Source of the DNA: an uncultured virus (IMG/VR IMGVR_UViG_2061766007_000627)
Lineage: Duplodnaviria; Heunggongvirae; Uroviricota; Caudoviricetes
Virus record (IMG/VR): IMGVR_UViG_2061766007_000627
DNA: 64,000 nucleotides
Strand: one strand, 5' to 3'
Positions 1 through 8,537 of the stretch are shown here, in pieces. Below the pieces are notes generated by a model, which saw nothing but the letters and a program-made list of their open reading frames with translations, did no database searches and was not told the DNA's origin. Within the stretch, counting starts at the first letter, position 1. The number at the start of each line of letters is the position of its first letter. The position numbers were made by a program, and so were the translations under genes.

Positions 1-105
1 GCGTATGCTTCCCAGTGCTTTCTGGTAGGCAGTACAAAATTATACAGGCAACAAATTTAACTTCTACCAGTGCATATGTAATATACTTCGGATAAGGAAT
101 TATAG

Positions 106-1371
106 TTGGGTACAATAGGGAAAATAACAGCAGGTGGTGTTACGCATTTATTGTCATCAACTGCTTATGCAACTTGCTCAACAGTTGCAGGAACATCAGC
201 AAAAATAGCAACTATTCAGGACGGTCAGGACTTCTCATTATTCAATGGAGAAACCGTCCATGTTAAGTTTACTTATACTAATACCGCAAGTTTACCTACA
301 CTAAACATTAATGGTACAGGGGCGTACCCAATAGCAAGATACGGCAATACTGCAGTAGGCACAACTGTCAGCACATCATGGCAAGCAGGTGCCGTGATTA
401 CTGTTACTTTTGACAGTGATTCTTTTGACGGCGGATGCTGGCAAATGAATGATTTTTCAGAAAGTGGAAATAATACAACATATTCATTGTCTGGAGAAGT
501 GGAGTCACACACATTTACAACTACACTAACTCCTTCTTCAGGAGCGTCAACAACATCAGAATTACAACTTTCTGCAGGAACGAACATTACCCTGACAGAC
601 ACTACTAATGGAATACAAATTGGTGCTTCACATTCTCATGGTGGAATTCAAAATAGCGGTGCATTTTTGCAAAATTCCACAACCACAGCAAATTTTGAAA
701 ATGCAGATAGACTATTATTTGTAGATGCTTCTTCAAGTAATATGATAAAAGCATCAAATATCACGTTTGGTACAGGTACAAATACCTATTTAAGAAATGA
801 TGGTACTTGGGCCACTCCTGATAGTGGAAGTTCGTACACAGCTACTTTTCCTATTGACATAACAAACGGAGATATAAGTCATGATATGAGTGGGGTTACC
901 CCAGGGACATATTCAATTACCGCTGACCCTATGGGTACTGGAGGATATTATGTTCCGTCATTTACTGTAGATGATATGGGACACCTTACAAGTGCATCTG
1001 CCTCATCAGGGTTGCTCCCGGCTGTAAGTATTGTAAACTATACATCGGGGGTACTGTCAGGTGCGCAATATACACGAATACCCAGACTTAGTGCGACTTA
1101 CCGAGCAGAATTTACATTAACCGCAGGTCTTACAACGGGTACATTTACAATATCAGATACATATGGACATCCTTCATACTTTATGATATATGATGTTAAA
1201 GCAAGAGATGCAGTTACAGGAGAGCCATTAGATGTTGGTTGGACAACTGATTATATTAGTAGTGATTCAGGCATGGCTACATCATTAGTATTAACTGTAA
1301 CTTTAAATGAAGCCTATGTTAATAATATCTACTTATTCCCGATGATGTCATACATGAGAGCGGGAATGTGA
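106..1371 (+). CDS. Tail fibre / virion structural protein (Thr/Ser/Gly-rich)
   Basis: 421-aa ORF with AAGGA RBS. The N-terminal YATCST...AK...F...NTA..PTLNINGTGA..I module is typical of Firmicutes phage tail fibres. Confidence 0.6.
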   Translation: MGTIGKITAGGVTHLLSSTAYATCSTVAGTSAKIATIQDGQDFSLFNGETVHVKFTYTNTASLPTLNINGTGAYPIARYGNTAVGTTVSTSWQAGAVITVTFDSDSFDGGCWQMNDFSESGNNTTYSLSGEVESHTFTTTLTPSSGASTTSELQLSAGTNITLTDTTNGIQIGASHSHGGIQNSGAFLQNSTTTANFENADRLLFVDASSSNMIKASNITFGTGTNTYLRNDGTWATPDSGSSYTATFPIDITNGDISHDMSGVTPGTYSITADPMGTGGYYVPSFTVDDMGHLTSASASSGLLPAVSIVNYTSGVLSGAQYTRIPRLSATYRAEFTLTAGLTTGTFTISDTYGHPSYFMIYDVKARDAVTGEPLDVGWTTDYISSDSGMATSLVLTVTLNEAYVNNIYLFPMMSYMRAGM

Positions 1372-1379
1372 GGAAGAAA

Positions 1380-1838
1380 ATGAAATATTTAGGACCAATA
1401 TCTGACCCACTTGATTATGTAAATAAAAAATACGTAGATGCTAATGATGAGGTTTACTACGAAGAAGATTCTGGTGGAAGCGAGGGTATCTACTCTAAAA
1501 CACTTGGCGAAAAAATATATACCGCTGGAGATATTGTTTGGAACCAAATGACATTGAGCGGCACCCAAATAGCATCATTCAGGATTGGTGATGAAGTTAA
1601 AGCAGTCTTTGCCCCAACTTCTGGTGGAAGCTCATATACTCCAATTTTAAGAATGAACAATGTTGACTATGCTATACAGCGATGGGAATATACAACCATA
1701 AGTGGAAAGACTGGAATCAATTTTGTATATCTAGATGGTGCAGATGAAGATACACTGTTTGTGCCAATTACCCCGCCTACACTTTCAATGTCGATAGACA
1801 GCACGGACACGAAAAAGTTGAATATATCATATCTCTGA
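1380..1838 (+). CDS. Tail-associated hypothetical protein
   Basis: Contains the D..NKKYVD fibre repeat motif and lies in the tail gene run. Confidence 0.5.
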   Translation: MKYLGPISDPLDYVNKKYVDANDEVYYEEDSGGSEGIYSKTLGEKIYTAGDIVWNQMTLSGTQIASFRIGDEVKAVFAPTSGGSSYTPILRMNNVDYAIQRWEYTTISGKTGINFVYLDGADEDTLFVPITPPTLSMSIDSTDTKKLNISYL

Positions 1839-1848
1839 TGAGGAACAA

Positions 1849-2700
1849 ATGAGTAAATTATTAAACGGCATAATCAATTACATAGGTGCAAATGGTATTT
1901 TCAAAAATAATGATGGGGATATTCCTATAACTTCTGGCAACATCATTTTAGATAATGGTAGAAAGTTGATGTCGAAGAACTCCCAAAATGTTGCTAAAAA
2001 CATTGTTGGGTATAACACAGATAAGGTTGTTTTCAACTACAATGGTGTCGGCGGCACAGATGTTAACGCAGAGTTATTTGGTAATTCGATAACAGCATCT
2101 GCTGGTGGCGGTGTGAATATAAGCAACACTTCTAATGGAACTACTGATATAATCTTACAAAGTAATGCAAGGTTTACGAGTACTATCGGTGCAGATACTA
2201 CTACTAACAGTAAAATTACATTGTCAAGTGATGACGGAAATGTAGATATATATACATACCGTAAAATAACTCGTAATGGCACTACCCAAACACATGAAAA
2301 TACATACACTTTTACATCGACAGGGCAACTGCAAGGCATACAAACACCGTCATCGGACACTAATGCCGCTAATAAAAAATATGTAGATGATAAGACCGTA
2401 TCTTTTGGAGAAAGTCAATCACTTAGTATTGCTTCTGCTATAACTAGTACTTCTGGGTGGACCGCAACTGGCACAGGATTTCTTACTGCTTATGGCACAA
2501 AAGACCACGCAACTGACATATCGAGTTATGAGCTACGTAAGACAGATGGGTTAATTTTAGGTGTATGTGTCAGCCCTGCTAATGCAGATAATACGCACTT
2601 ATCTTTAACGATTCCAATAAAACAGGGTACTGCGTATAGAATGATAAAATCAAATGCTACAACAGTATATTATTATTTTACACCAATAGAAATAGTATAA
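1849..2700 (+). CDS. Tail fibre-like protein
   Basis: TPSSDTNAANKKYVD motif. The short beta-rich C-terminal domain ends IPIKQG..Y. Confidence 0.55.
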   Translation: MSKLLNGIINYIGANGIFKNNDGDIPITSGNIILDNGRKLMSKNSQNVAKNIVGYNTDKVVFNYNGVGGTDVNAELFGNSITASAGGGVNISNTSNGTTDIILQSNARFTSTIGADTTTNSKITLSSDDGNVDIYTYRKITRNGTTQTHENTYTFTSTGQLQGIQTPSSDTNAANKKYVDDKTVSFGESQSLSIASAITSTSGWTATGTGFLTAYGTKDHATDISSYELRKTDGLILGVCVSPANADNTHLSLTIPIKQGTAYRMIKSNATTVYYYFTPIEIV

Positions 2701-2726
2701 TAAAAATATGGGGAGAGTGATTTAAC

Positions 2727-3410
2727 TTGAAACTGCCATCTATAAAACCAATTATTACTGATTTATCTGAACTTGATAAACTCGGTAGAGCCGAAGAAAT
2801 TGACATTACAAAAGAAAATAAATTAATGCGTGAAATCGTTGCTAATATTAAGAGAGCGATGAGAAAAAACAATCTTGTTTCTCTTTCTGCTCCAGCAATA
2901 GGGTACAACAAAAGGATTTTCTGCATTGATTTTTCTGATAAAGAAATAAAAACTTTTATAAATCCGCTTATGCCGAGAGCAGAAGGACTTGAACTCACAA
3001 GAGAGGTTTGTTCTTCAATTCCAGGCAAAGAATTTATAAGACCGAGAAATTCATTAGTTGAAATAATCTATCAAACACCAACTGGTGCAATCAAAACAAG
3101 GATATTCAAAGGACTTGCTTCTCATGTCGTACAACATGAATTAGACCATTTAGAGGGAATAACTCTTGCAGATATAGGTCTTGAAATAGATTCTGATTTT
3201 GACGAAGCAACAGATGAAGAAAGATTTGAAATTATCAATATGTATCTAGACTCACTAGATATTACAAGAGATGAACTTGTAAAAGATATTGAAGATGACG
3301 ATGAATTAAAAAAACAGTATGAAGCCGATAAATTTATGGAAATGCTTGCCAAAGGTAAAATAGAAGTAGAAGCCTTACAAGCAGTAGAGGAAAAGGAAGA
3401 AAATGCCTAA
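2727..3410 (+). CDS. def: Peptide deformylase-like protein (motifs partly degenerate)
   Basis: SLSAPAIG (motif 1 variant), FINP, EVCSS (EGCLS variant) and QHELDHLEG (HExxH), followed by an acidic C-terminal extension. Confidence 0.85.
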   Translation: MKLPSIKPIITDLSELDKLGRAEEIDITKENKLMREIVANIKRAMRKNNLVSLSAPAIGYNKRIFCIDFSDKEIKTFINPLMPRAEGLELTREVCSSIPGKEFIRPRNSLVEIIYQTPTGAIKTRIFKGLASHVVQHELDHLEGITLADIGLEIDSDFDEATDEERFEIINMYLDSLDITRDELVKDIEDDDELKKQYEADKFMEMLAKGKIEVEALQAVEEKEENA

Positions 3411-4218
3411 TACAAATACAACCATTCAATTTAAGCGTTCTGACTCGACAAAAGAAGTTCTTGCAGAAGAAACATTGCAGTATGGAGAACCACTGTTCTT
3501 TGAACAAGAAAATGGTAAGCATAAATATCTTGCAATAGGAAATGGTACTGATGGGATTGATACTGCCACTTTCTTTGCAGGAATTACCAATGCTGACCTA
3601 TTAGATAAAACTGTTTACGCTAATGACGAACTTTCTGCCGTACTTGCAGACGGAACGCCTGTCGGTGTATCAAAAGTAACACCTTCTCTTGCAACAATAT
3701 CCCGTGATGATAATGTGTCTAAATATTATCTGCTTTCTTACAATAATAATATCACAGATAAAAACGTATTCTATCATGGTGAGAACAGAGGAATTTATAT
3801 TACTGGTAATGGTGTTCTTTGCGGAGCGGCTTGGAATGATTACGCAGAAAGAAGACTTTGCGAAGATATTGTTAAACCAGGGAATGTTGTGTGCGAAACA
3901 GGTAATGGTCATGTTGCACTTTCAAAAGAAAAATTACAGCCCATTCCTCATGTAGTTTCTGATACATACGGAATGATTATTGGTGATAATCCTGGAATTC
4001 CTGTTTCTGTTGCAGGACGTGCGTTGGTTTATGTCGATTGTGAAGTGTCGCTTGGAGATGTTCTTTGTGCAAGAGAAAATGGCATTGCTACAAAAATGAC
4101 CCGCCAAGAAATCGTAAACTATCCCGATAGAATTTTAGGCATTGTCAGTGAAATTCCTACTTATGAAGTTTGGAATGGTGTTACTATTGATGGAAGAGTT
4201 TGGATTGCTATTAAATAG
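3403..4218 (+). CDS. Tail spike/fibre protein with C-terminal intramolecular-chaperone-like domain
   Basis: N-terminal IQFKR...L.YGEP....IGNG module. The C-terminal WNDYAE...VSD..G....PV.VAGR..V pattern resembles peptidase G2/S74-type chaperone domains. Confidence 0.55.
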   Translation: MPNTNTTIQFKRSDSTKEVLAEETLQYGEPLFFEQENGKHKYLAIGNGTDGIDTATFFAGITNADLLDKTVYANDELSAVLADGTPVGVSKVTPSLATISRDDNVSKYYLLSYNNNITDKNVFYHGENRGIYITGNGVLCGAAWNDYAERRLCEDIVKPGNVVCETGNGHVALSKEKLQPIPHVVSDTYGMIIGDNPGIPVSVAGRALVYVDCEVSLGDVLCARENGIATKMTRQEIVNYPDRILGIVSEIPTYEVWNGVTIDGRVWIAIK

Positions 4219-4230
4219 GAGAACCTATTA

Positions 4231-4818
4231 GTGAACAATATTGCAGTACAAGGATATATTCGTGACATTGAGTTTTCACACGATGTCGGAAGTATTGATT
4301 ATAACAAGGCAAGTATTATATGTCCAGGTGCCAACGGAAAAGAAGATGACTTATTCTTAATTCAGTTTAAGAAATTATCTAATAAGTATAAAGACGGTGA
4401 CTTCATTGAATTCAAAGGCAATCTTCGTTCCTACACGAGCAAAAAAGAAAACGGCAAATCACAGGTGCTGATTTATATTTTTACTTATTTTGACTTGCCT
4501 GATATTCCGATTAACACGACGAAGATTGACGGACGAATTTGTAAAATTGATTCTTTACGGCATTCTTCGGCAGGAGTACCATATATACATTTCACGCTTG
4601 CAAATAATATTTTTAAAGGCAATTCTAAACTCAACAGTTACATACCGTGTACTGCATACGGAGAGCAGGCTAAAAAACTGTCTTTGAATAAAGTAAATGA
4701 TTTTATTTGTGTTGATGGCAGGTTTCACTCACACACATATAAAAGAAAAACAGACAAAGAAATAATGCTGGCACACGAAGTCATTGTTAAAAACTATGAG
4801 GTCATAACAAATGGCTAA
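4231..4818 (+). CDS. ssb: Single-stranded DNA-binding protein, tandem OB-fold type
   Basis: Two OB-like halves (EFSH...GNLRSY and GRICK...LANN...SYIPCTAYGEQA...GRFHS) as in clostridial double-OB SSBs. Confidence 0.75.
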   Translation: MNNIAVQGYIRDIEFSHDVGSIDYNKASIICPGANGKEDDLFLIQFKKLSNKYKDGDFIEFKGNLRSYTSKKENGKSQVLIYIFTYFDLPDIPINTTKIDGRICKIDSLRHSSAGVPYIHFTLANNIFKGNSKLNSYIPCTAYGEQAKKLSLNKVNDFICVDGRFHSHTYKRKTDKEIMLAHEVIVKNYEVITNG

Positions 4819-5014
4819 GGAATATGTAAAAGATTTCTATGGCAGAGTATTAGGCTATATAGAAACAATCGGAACTAAACAATATGCACGAGATTTTTAT
4901 GGTCGAGTATTAGGTACTTATGACCCAAAAGATAATTTTACAAAAGATTTTTACGGCAGAGTACTGACTAAAGGCAATACTCTTATGGGACTTATTTATG
5001 CACAAAAGAAGTAG
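4811..5014 (+). CDS. Small repeat protein (3x [KR]DFYGRVL)
   Basis: Three imperfect repeats visible in both protein and DNA, with a GAGG RBS. Confidence 0.7.
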   Translation: MAKEYVKDFYGRVLGYIETIGTKQYARDFYGRVLGTYDPKDNFTKDFYGRVLTKGNTLMGLIYAQKK

Positions 5015-5017
5015 AGT

Positions 5018-5086
5018 AGTTTTTTAAATAACTCGCCGCAGCACGCGCTGCACCGGGGCTGGGAACGGTAACTTATTAAGAAAATT
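5018..5086 (+). ncRNA. Candidate compact structured RNA (two hairpins plus possible pseudoknot)
   Basis: GC-rich intergenic island with GCAGC/GCTGC and ACCG/CGGT hairpins inside an AATAA/TTATT stem. Confidence 0.35.
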
Positions 5087-5090
5087 GTAG

Positions 5091-5423
5091 GTGATTGATG
5101 TGCTAGAATGGAATGTATATTGGGAAGATTTTAATGCAAATAAGATTGTAGTCAGGAACATTTTTAATCTATCTTGGAAATTCAATGAATATCTAAAAGA
5201 AAATTTTAAAAAGAATAAAACCAAGGAAGACTTTTGCAAACAACTTGAGAGAGATTTGCAATACTGTTATTGGAGTAAATCGGAACATGAAGTTATAATC
5301 ACAAGTTGGCCACAAAAGGATGAATGCGATATAAAAGTAGATGTTTATTCGCAAGTAATGCTTAATTGGAATAAATTCGCAGACTACACATGGGAAAATA
5401 GAAAACTTATAAAAAATATGTAA
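5091..5423 (+). CDS. Hypothetical phage protein
   Basis: 110-aa ORF with a YWSKSEHE...KVDVYSQV..NW pattern seen in gut phages. Confidence 0.7.
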   Translation: MIDVLEWNVYWEDFNANKIVVRNIFNLSWKFNEYLKENFKKNKTKEDFCKQLERDLQYCYWSKSEHEVIITSWPQKDECDIKVDVYSQVMLNWNKFADYTWENRKLIKNM

Positions 5424-5430
5424 AAAAGAC

Positions 5431-5459
5431 TTTACAAATACAACACCCCGTGTTACTAT
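5431..5459 (+). promoter_or_regulatory. SigmaA/70-type promoter of the ncRNA/tRNA operon
   Basis: TTTACA-17 bp-TACTAT with extended TG. The predicted TSS (~5466) coincides with the start of the large RNA closing stem. Confidence 0.8.
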
Positions 5460-5465
5460 AGTTAC

Positions 5466-6103
5466 ATCAGAGGGGCTAATAAAATAATAAGACCTTGATA
5501 ACTCAGTGCAGAGCGTGTAAACTGCACGTGCTGAGAAATGCTGAATAGTCAGTCAAGTCTGTTAAAGGATACTTTGCAGAATTGGTTGTCAATCATATGT
5601 GAGTATGATTGAGAAGAATTGAGTTTCGACACTAAGGCATTGTGCATTGAATATCGCAACCAAAGGTAGGGTGCGAGTCGGCAGGGTAATAGAAAGCATT
5701 GATGATAAGTCAATGCCGAAGCCAAGTTAGATAGTAACAGATGGTGCTGACTATAAACCTTGGTAATACCAATAACCTGTTTGGCAGTGAAGCAGAGAAA
5801 TCTGTGTATAAGACTTGCATGCAACTCCGAGTAGCCTAATGCCGAGCCAAATGTTGATAGCAAGCGATATAAGAACGCTAAAAAACATTTGATGAAATGT
5901 AGGTGAAAGGTGTGGGTAATCAATCCCACCTACACTAAGACTGATTGATAAACAATGTTTATCAGTTAGATGTAGGAAAAGCAAGAACTTGCAATCCTTG
6001 CTCATCGCCTGCATGTAGTGACCGAATATGGTTGAAGATATATCAGATGTAGGGTGAACAAAAGCCCATCAATGATTCTTATTATTTTATTAGCCCTTTT
6101 GAT
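5466..6103 (+). ncRNA. Large structured ncRNA, ROOL-like (~640 nt)
   Basis: 27-bp terminal stem (5466-5492 with 6077-6103) containing two G.U pairs on the + strand, many internal hairpins, no + strand ORF, and next to tRNAs. The ROOL assignment rests on size and context. Confidence 0.7.
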
Positions 6104-6262
6104 ATGTATAAGGAAATTCCCATACTGTTCCAGTTTCCTTTCATCGTAGGGGTTTGATATGCCCAATCAAACCCCGCCTCCGAGAACAGGTCCTATTCCC
6201 AATAAGCGTGATGCCGTAGGACGATAGTAATGAACGAAAAGGAATAAGTTGCTATTATATAT

Positions 6263-6334
6263 AGGGGTATAGCCAAGCGGTAAGGCAGAGGATTTTGATT
6301 CCTCCACTCCCTGGTTCGATTCCAGGTANNNNNN
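6263..6334 (+). tRNA. trnQ: tRNA-Gln(UUG); 3' end falls in an N gap
   Basis: AGGGGTA-TA-GCCAAGCGGTAAGGC, anticodon arm GAGGA-TTTTGAT-TCCTC, T arm CCTGG-TTCGATT-CCAGG. Confidence 0.9.
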
Positions 6335-6565
6335 NNNNTATGAGAACACCTCCGTGAGTTTGTTTTTCCGTGACAAATTCTTAACACCCTCTTAACAGAC
6401 TGAGGGGAAATCAGAACTGACTTGGTATTTGGTGGTTAAAGTACTCCGTCTGGTATATGCGGAAAATATACCATAATATGCGGATATGGCGGAATAGGCA
6501 GACGCAAGGGACTTAATTGTGTGTCTATTAAAATCTTGTGTGTTTATCAAAATTCAAAAATTGAC

Positions 6566-6578
6566 TGCTAAATTATAT
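6566..6578 (+). promoter_or_regulatory. Putative phage late promoter motif TGCTAAATTATAT
   Basis: Recurrent intergenic motif, here upstream of the intron HNH ORF. Confidence 0.65.
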
Positions 6579-6609
6579 GTAATAAAACATGTAATAAGGA
6601 GTAGTCAAC

Positions 6610-7053
6610 ATGAAGAATATAAATAAGCAAGAGTTTATTGACACATGTAAAAGTTCTAAATCTATGTCAGAAGCTGCGGTTAGGTTGAATATGCACTTTA
6701 ATACTTTTAAACGGTATGCTTTAAAATTTGGGTGCTACTCACCGAATCAATCTGGAAAGGGTACAAAAAAAGTTAGGTCTGTAAAAATTTTAACTGAAGA
6801 TATTTTAGCTGGTAAGTACCCAGAATATCAAACATATAAGTTAAAAAACAGGCTTATCAATGAAGGTTATAAGGAAGATAAATGTGAATTATGTGGGTGG
6901 TCTGAAAAAAGATTAAATGAAAGATACACTCCATGCGAACTTCATCACATAGATGGAAACCGCTCAAATCATTTATTAACTAATCTTCAATTACTTTGTC
7001 CAAATTGTCATAGTTTAACTTCTACGCATAGAGCAAAGAACATTACAAATTGA
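6610..7053 (+). CDS. Intron-encoded HNH homing endonuclease
   Basis: N-terminal HTH-like segment, CELCG...ELHHIDGNRSNH..TNLQLLCPNCH, and an AAGGAG RBS. Confidence 0.9.
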   Translation: MKNINKQEFIDTCKSSKSMSEAAVRLNMHFNTFKRYALKFGCYSPNQSGKGTKKVRSVKILTEDILAGKYPEYQTYKLKNRLINEGYKEDKCELCGWSEKRLNERYTPCELHHIDGNRSNHLLTNLQLLCPNCHSLTSTHRAKNITN

Positions 7054-7300
7054 GCATTTAAGTAGGAAACTCTTAAATGAATGGTGTCAAATTCGGTGAA
7101 ACTCCTATTAGGACAATACCGAGCCAAGCCTCACTTTGTGAGGAAGGTGTAGAGACTAGACGGCACCCACCTAAACAGAACTGCATGGTGAAGGTATAGT
7201 CCAGACTACAACACAGAAATGTGGCTATGGTAACATAGAGTAGTAAGAAAATCCCTCGGTAGCAATATCGTGCTGGTTCGACTCCAGTTATCCGCACCAC

Positions 7301-7491
7301 TAAAATTGGATACCAATAGGGACGGAACAGGAATTTGCGCAAGTACTTTCCGAGAGAACATCCTCAAGACCGAGGTCGTTGGCAAGAAAAGCCCAGCCAC
7401 GATACAACAGTACCTGTACCTTGCTAGCAGGAATTCCGACCATACCAAACCAGGGAGTCGTAGAAAAGTTCAAAGGTATCCAGTAATTTTA
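7301..7491 (+). ncRNA. Candidate ~190-nt rod-like structured RNA (6S-sized)
   Basis: Closing stem TTGGATACC/GGTATCCAG and inner helix GGAATTTGCGCAAG/CTTGCTAGCAGGAATTCC. Confidence 0.45.
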
Positions 7492-7507
7492 AAGCAAAGG
7501 ATTATAA

Positions 7508-7834
7508 ATGCAGTCTATAATGGCGGTGATTGAAGAGCGCAAACTTAAGAAAGAAAAAGCGAAAAAAGGATACAACTACCAAGACTTGTGGAATATGGAT
7601 ATGTATCTTCTTGACTTATTCGCAAGAATGCTGTATGAAATGTCAAGAACAACAGTTTCATATCCCGCTGGAATGACACTTGATGGGTGGAAAGATTATC
7701 TTAATAAGATGGCATACGATTTTATTAAGATAAACAAGCAGATTGGTCTTGGTAAAGTGTCGAAAGAAACAAAAAAAGAATTTGAAGATGTAATGCAAAG
7801 ATTTATAGAGCATTTCTTTGATTTGTGGGATTAA
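7508..7834 (+). CDS. Hypothetical protein within tRNA cluster
   Basis: GY...DLWNMD..L...YP....W...L.KM...F.EHFFDLWD pattern typical of a phage family. Confidence 0.7.
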   Translation: MQSIMAVIEERKLKKEKAKKGYNYQDLWNMDMYLLDLFARMLYEMSRTTVSYPAGMTLDGWKDYLNKMAYDFIKINKQIGLGKVSKETKKEFEDVMQRFIEHFFDLWD

Positions 7835-7837
7835 TGC

Positions 7838-7924
7838 GGAGAAGTGACCGAGTGGCTGATGGTGGCGGTCTTGAAAACCGTTGAACGATGAGTTCCGTGG
7901 GTTCAAATCCTACCTTCTCCGCCA
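7838..7924 (+). tRNA. trnS: tRNA-Ser(UGA)
   Basis: Cloverleaf GGAGAAG/CTTCTCC, anticodon arm GCGGT-CTTGAAA-ACCGT, long variable arm, GCCA. Confidence 0.95.
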
Positions 7925-7928
7925 ATAT

Positions 7929-8004
7929 GGAAATATAGCTCAGTAGGTAGAGCAAGCGGCCGTTAACCGCTAGGCCCAAGGTTCGAGTCCTTGTATTTCC
8001 GCCA
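7929..8004 (+). tRNA. trnN: tRNA-Asn(GUU) with atypical C33
   Basis: Acceptor GGAAATA/TATTTCC, anticodon arm AGCGG-CCGTTAA-CCGCT, GCCA. Confidence 0.9.
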
Positions 8005-8172
8005 AAGGGTAGCGTAGGACTCGTAAATCGAGGGTAGCGTGATAGCGATAGTGGAATTCCCTGACTATCAGAGTTGTCTTGCTTTAGTAGACAGATTAGA
8101 TTGATTGAGCCTGCCATGGAGGGTTTTCTGCGGAACAAGCGAACAGTGAGTCGCAAGTCAATCAATCTACAT

Positions 8173-8247
8173 GCTAGTGTGGCTCAACGGCAGAGCATCT
8201 GTTTTGTAAACAGACGGTTGGGAGTTCGATTCTCTCCACTAGCCCCA
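8173..8247 (+). tRNA. trnT: tRNA-Thr(UGU)
   Basis: Acceptor GCTAGTG/CACTAGC, anticodon arm TCTGT-TTTGTAA-ACAGA, CCA. Confidence 0.93.
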
Positions 8248-8458
8248 TAAAAAGACGATTAAGTATGGTTTGTTGTGTCTTTCCTTGTGAGTATGAAGCA
8301 GGTAAAGAGCCGAAACGGTGTTCCCCTTGAAAGCAAGGTTCTATAAACAAATCAGTTATTATCAGAATACACATAAGGAACTCGTTATTTCTAAATTGAC
8401 TTGTAAAACTAGTGCTGTTGAAATATGTTCTGCGATTCATCTTCCTTATGTGTATTGT

Positions 8459-8535
8459 CGGAGTGTGGCGCAGTTTGGTAGCGCATCTGCTTTGGGAGCA
8501 GAGGGTCACAGGTTCAAATCCTGTTACTCCGACCA
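8459..8535 (+). tRNA. trnP: tRNA-Pro(UGG)
   Basis: Acceptor CGGAGTG/TACTCCG, anticodon arm TCTGC-TTTGGGA-GCAGA, ACCA. Confidence 0.95.
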
Positions 8536-8537
8536 TA

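Larger units (their letters stand above)
6515..7247 (+). mobile_element. Group I intron (IC3-like) in the tRNA-Leu anticodon, carrying an HNH ORF in the P1 loop
   Basis: 5' exon ends in U and the intron ends in G. P AAATTCGGTGAAA, Q AATACCGAGC, R GTGTAGAGACTAGA, S AAGGTATAGTCC, IGS AATTGAGC. Confidence 0.92.
6480..7299 (+). tRNA. trnL: tRNA-Leu(UAA), intron-containing (exons 6480-6514 and 7248-7299)
   Basis: Joined exons give AGGGA-CTTAAAA-TCCCT, a long variable arm, a T arm, acceptor GCGGATA/TATCCGC and ACCA. Confidence 0.93.

Noticed and set aside
106..4218. Diversity-generating retroelement acting on tail fibres
   Set aside because: No reverse transcriptase and no TR/VR pair differing at adenines was seen in this window.
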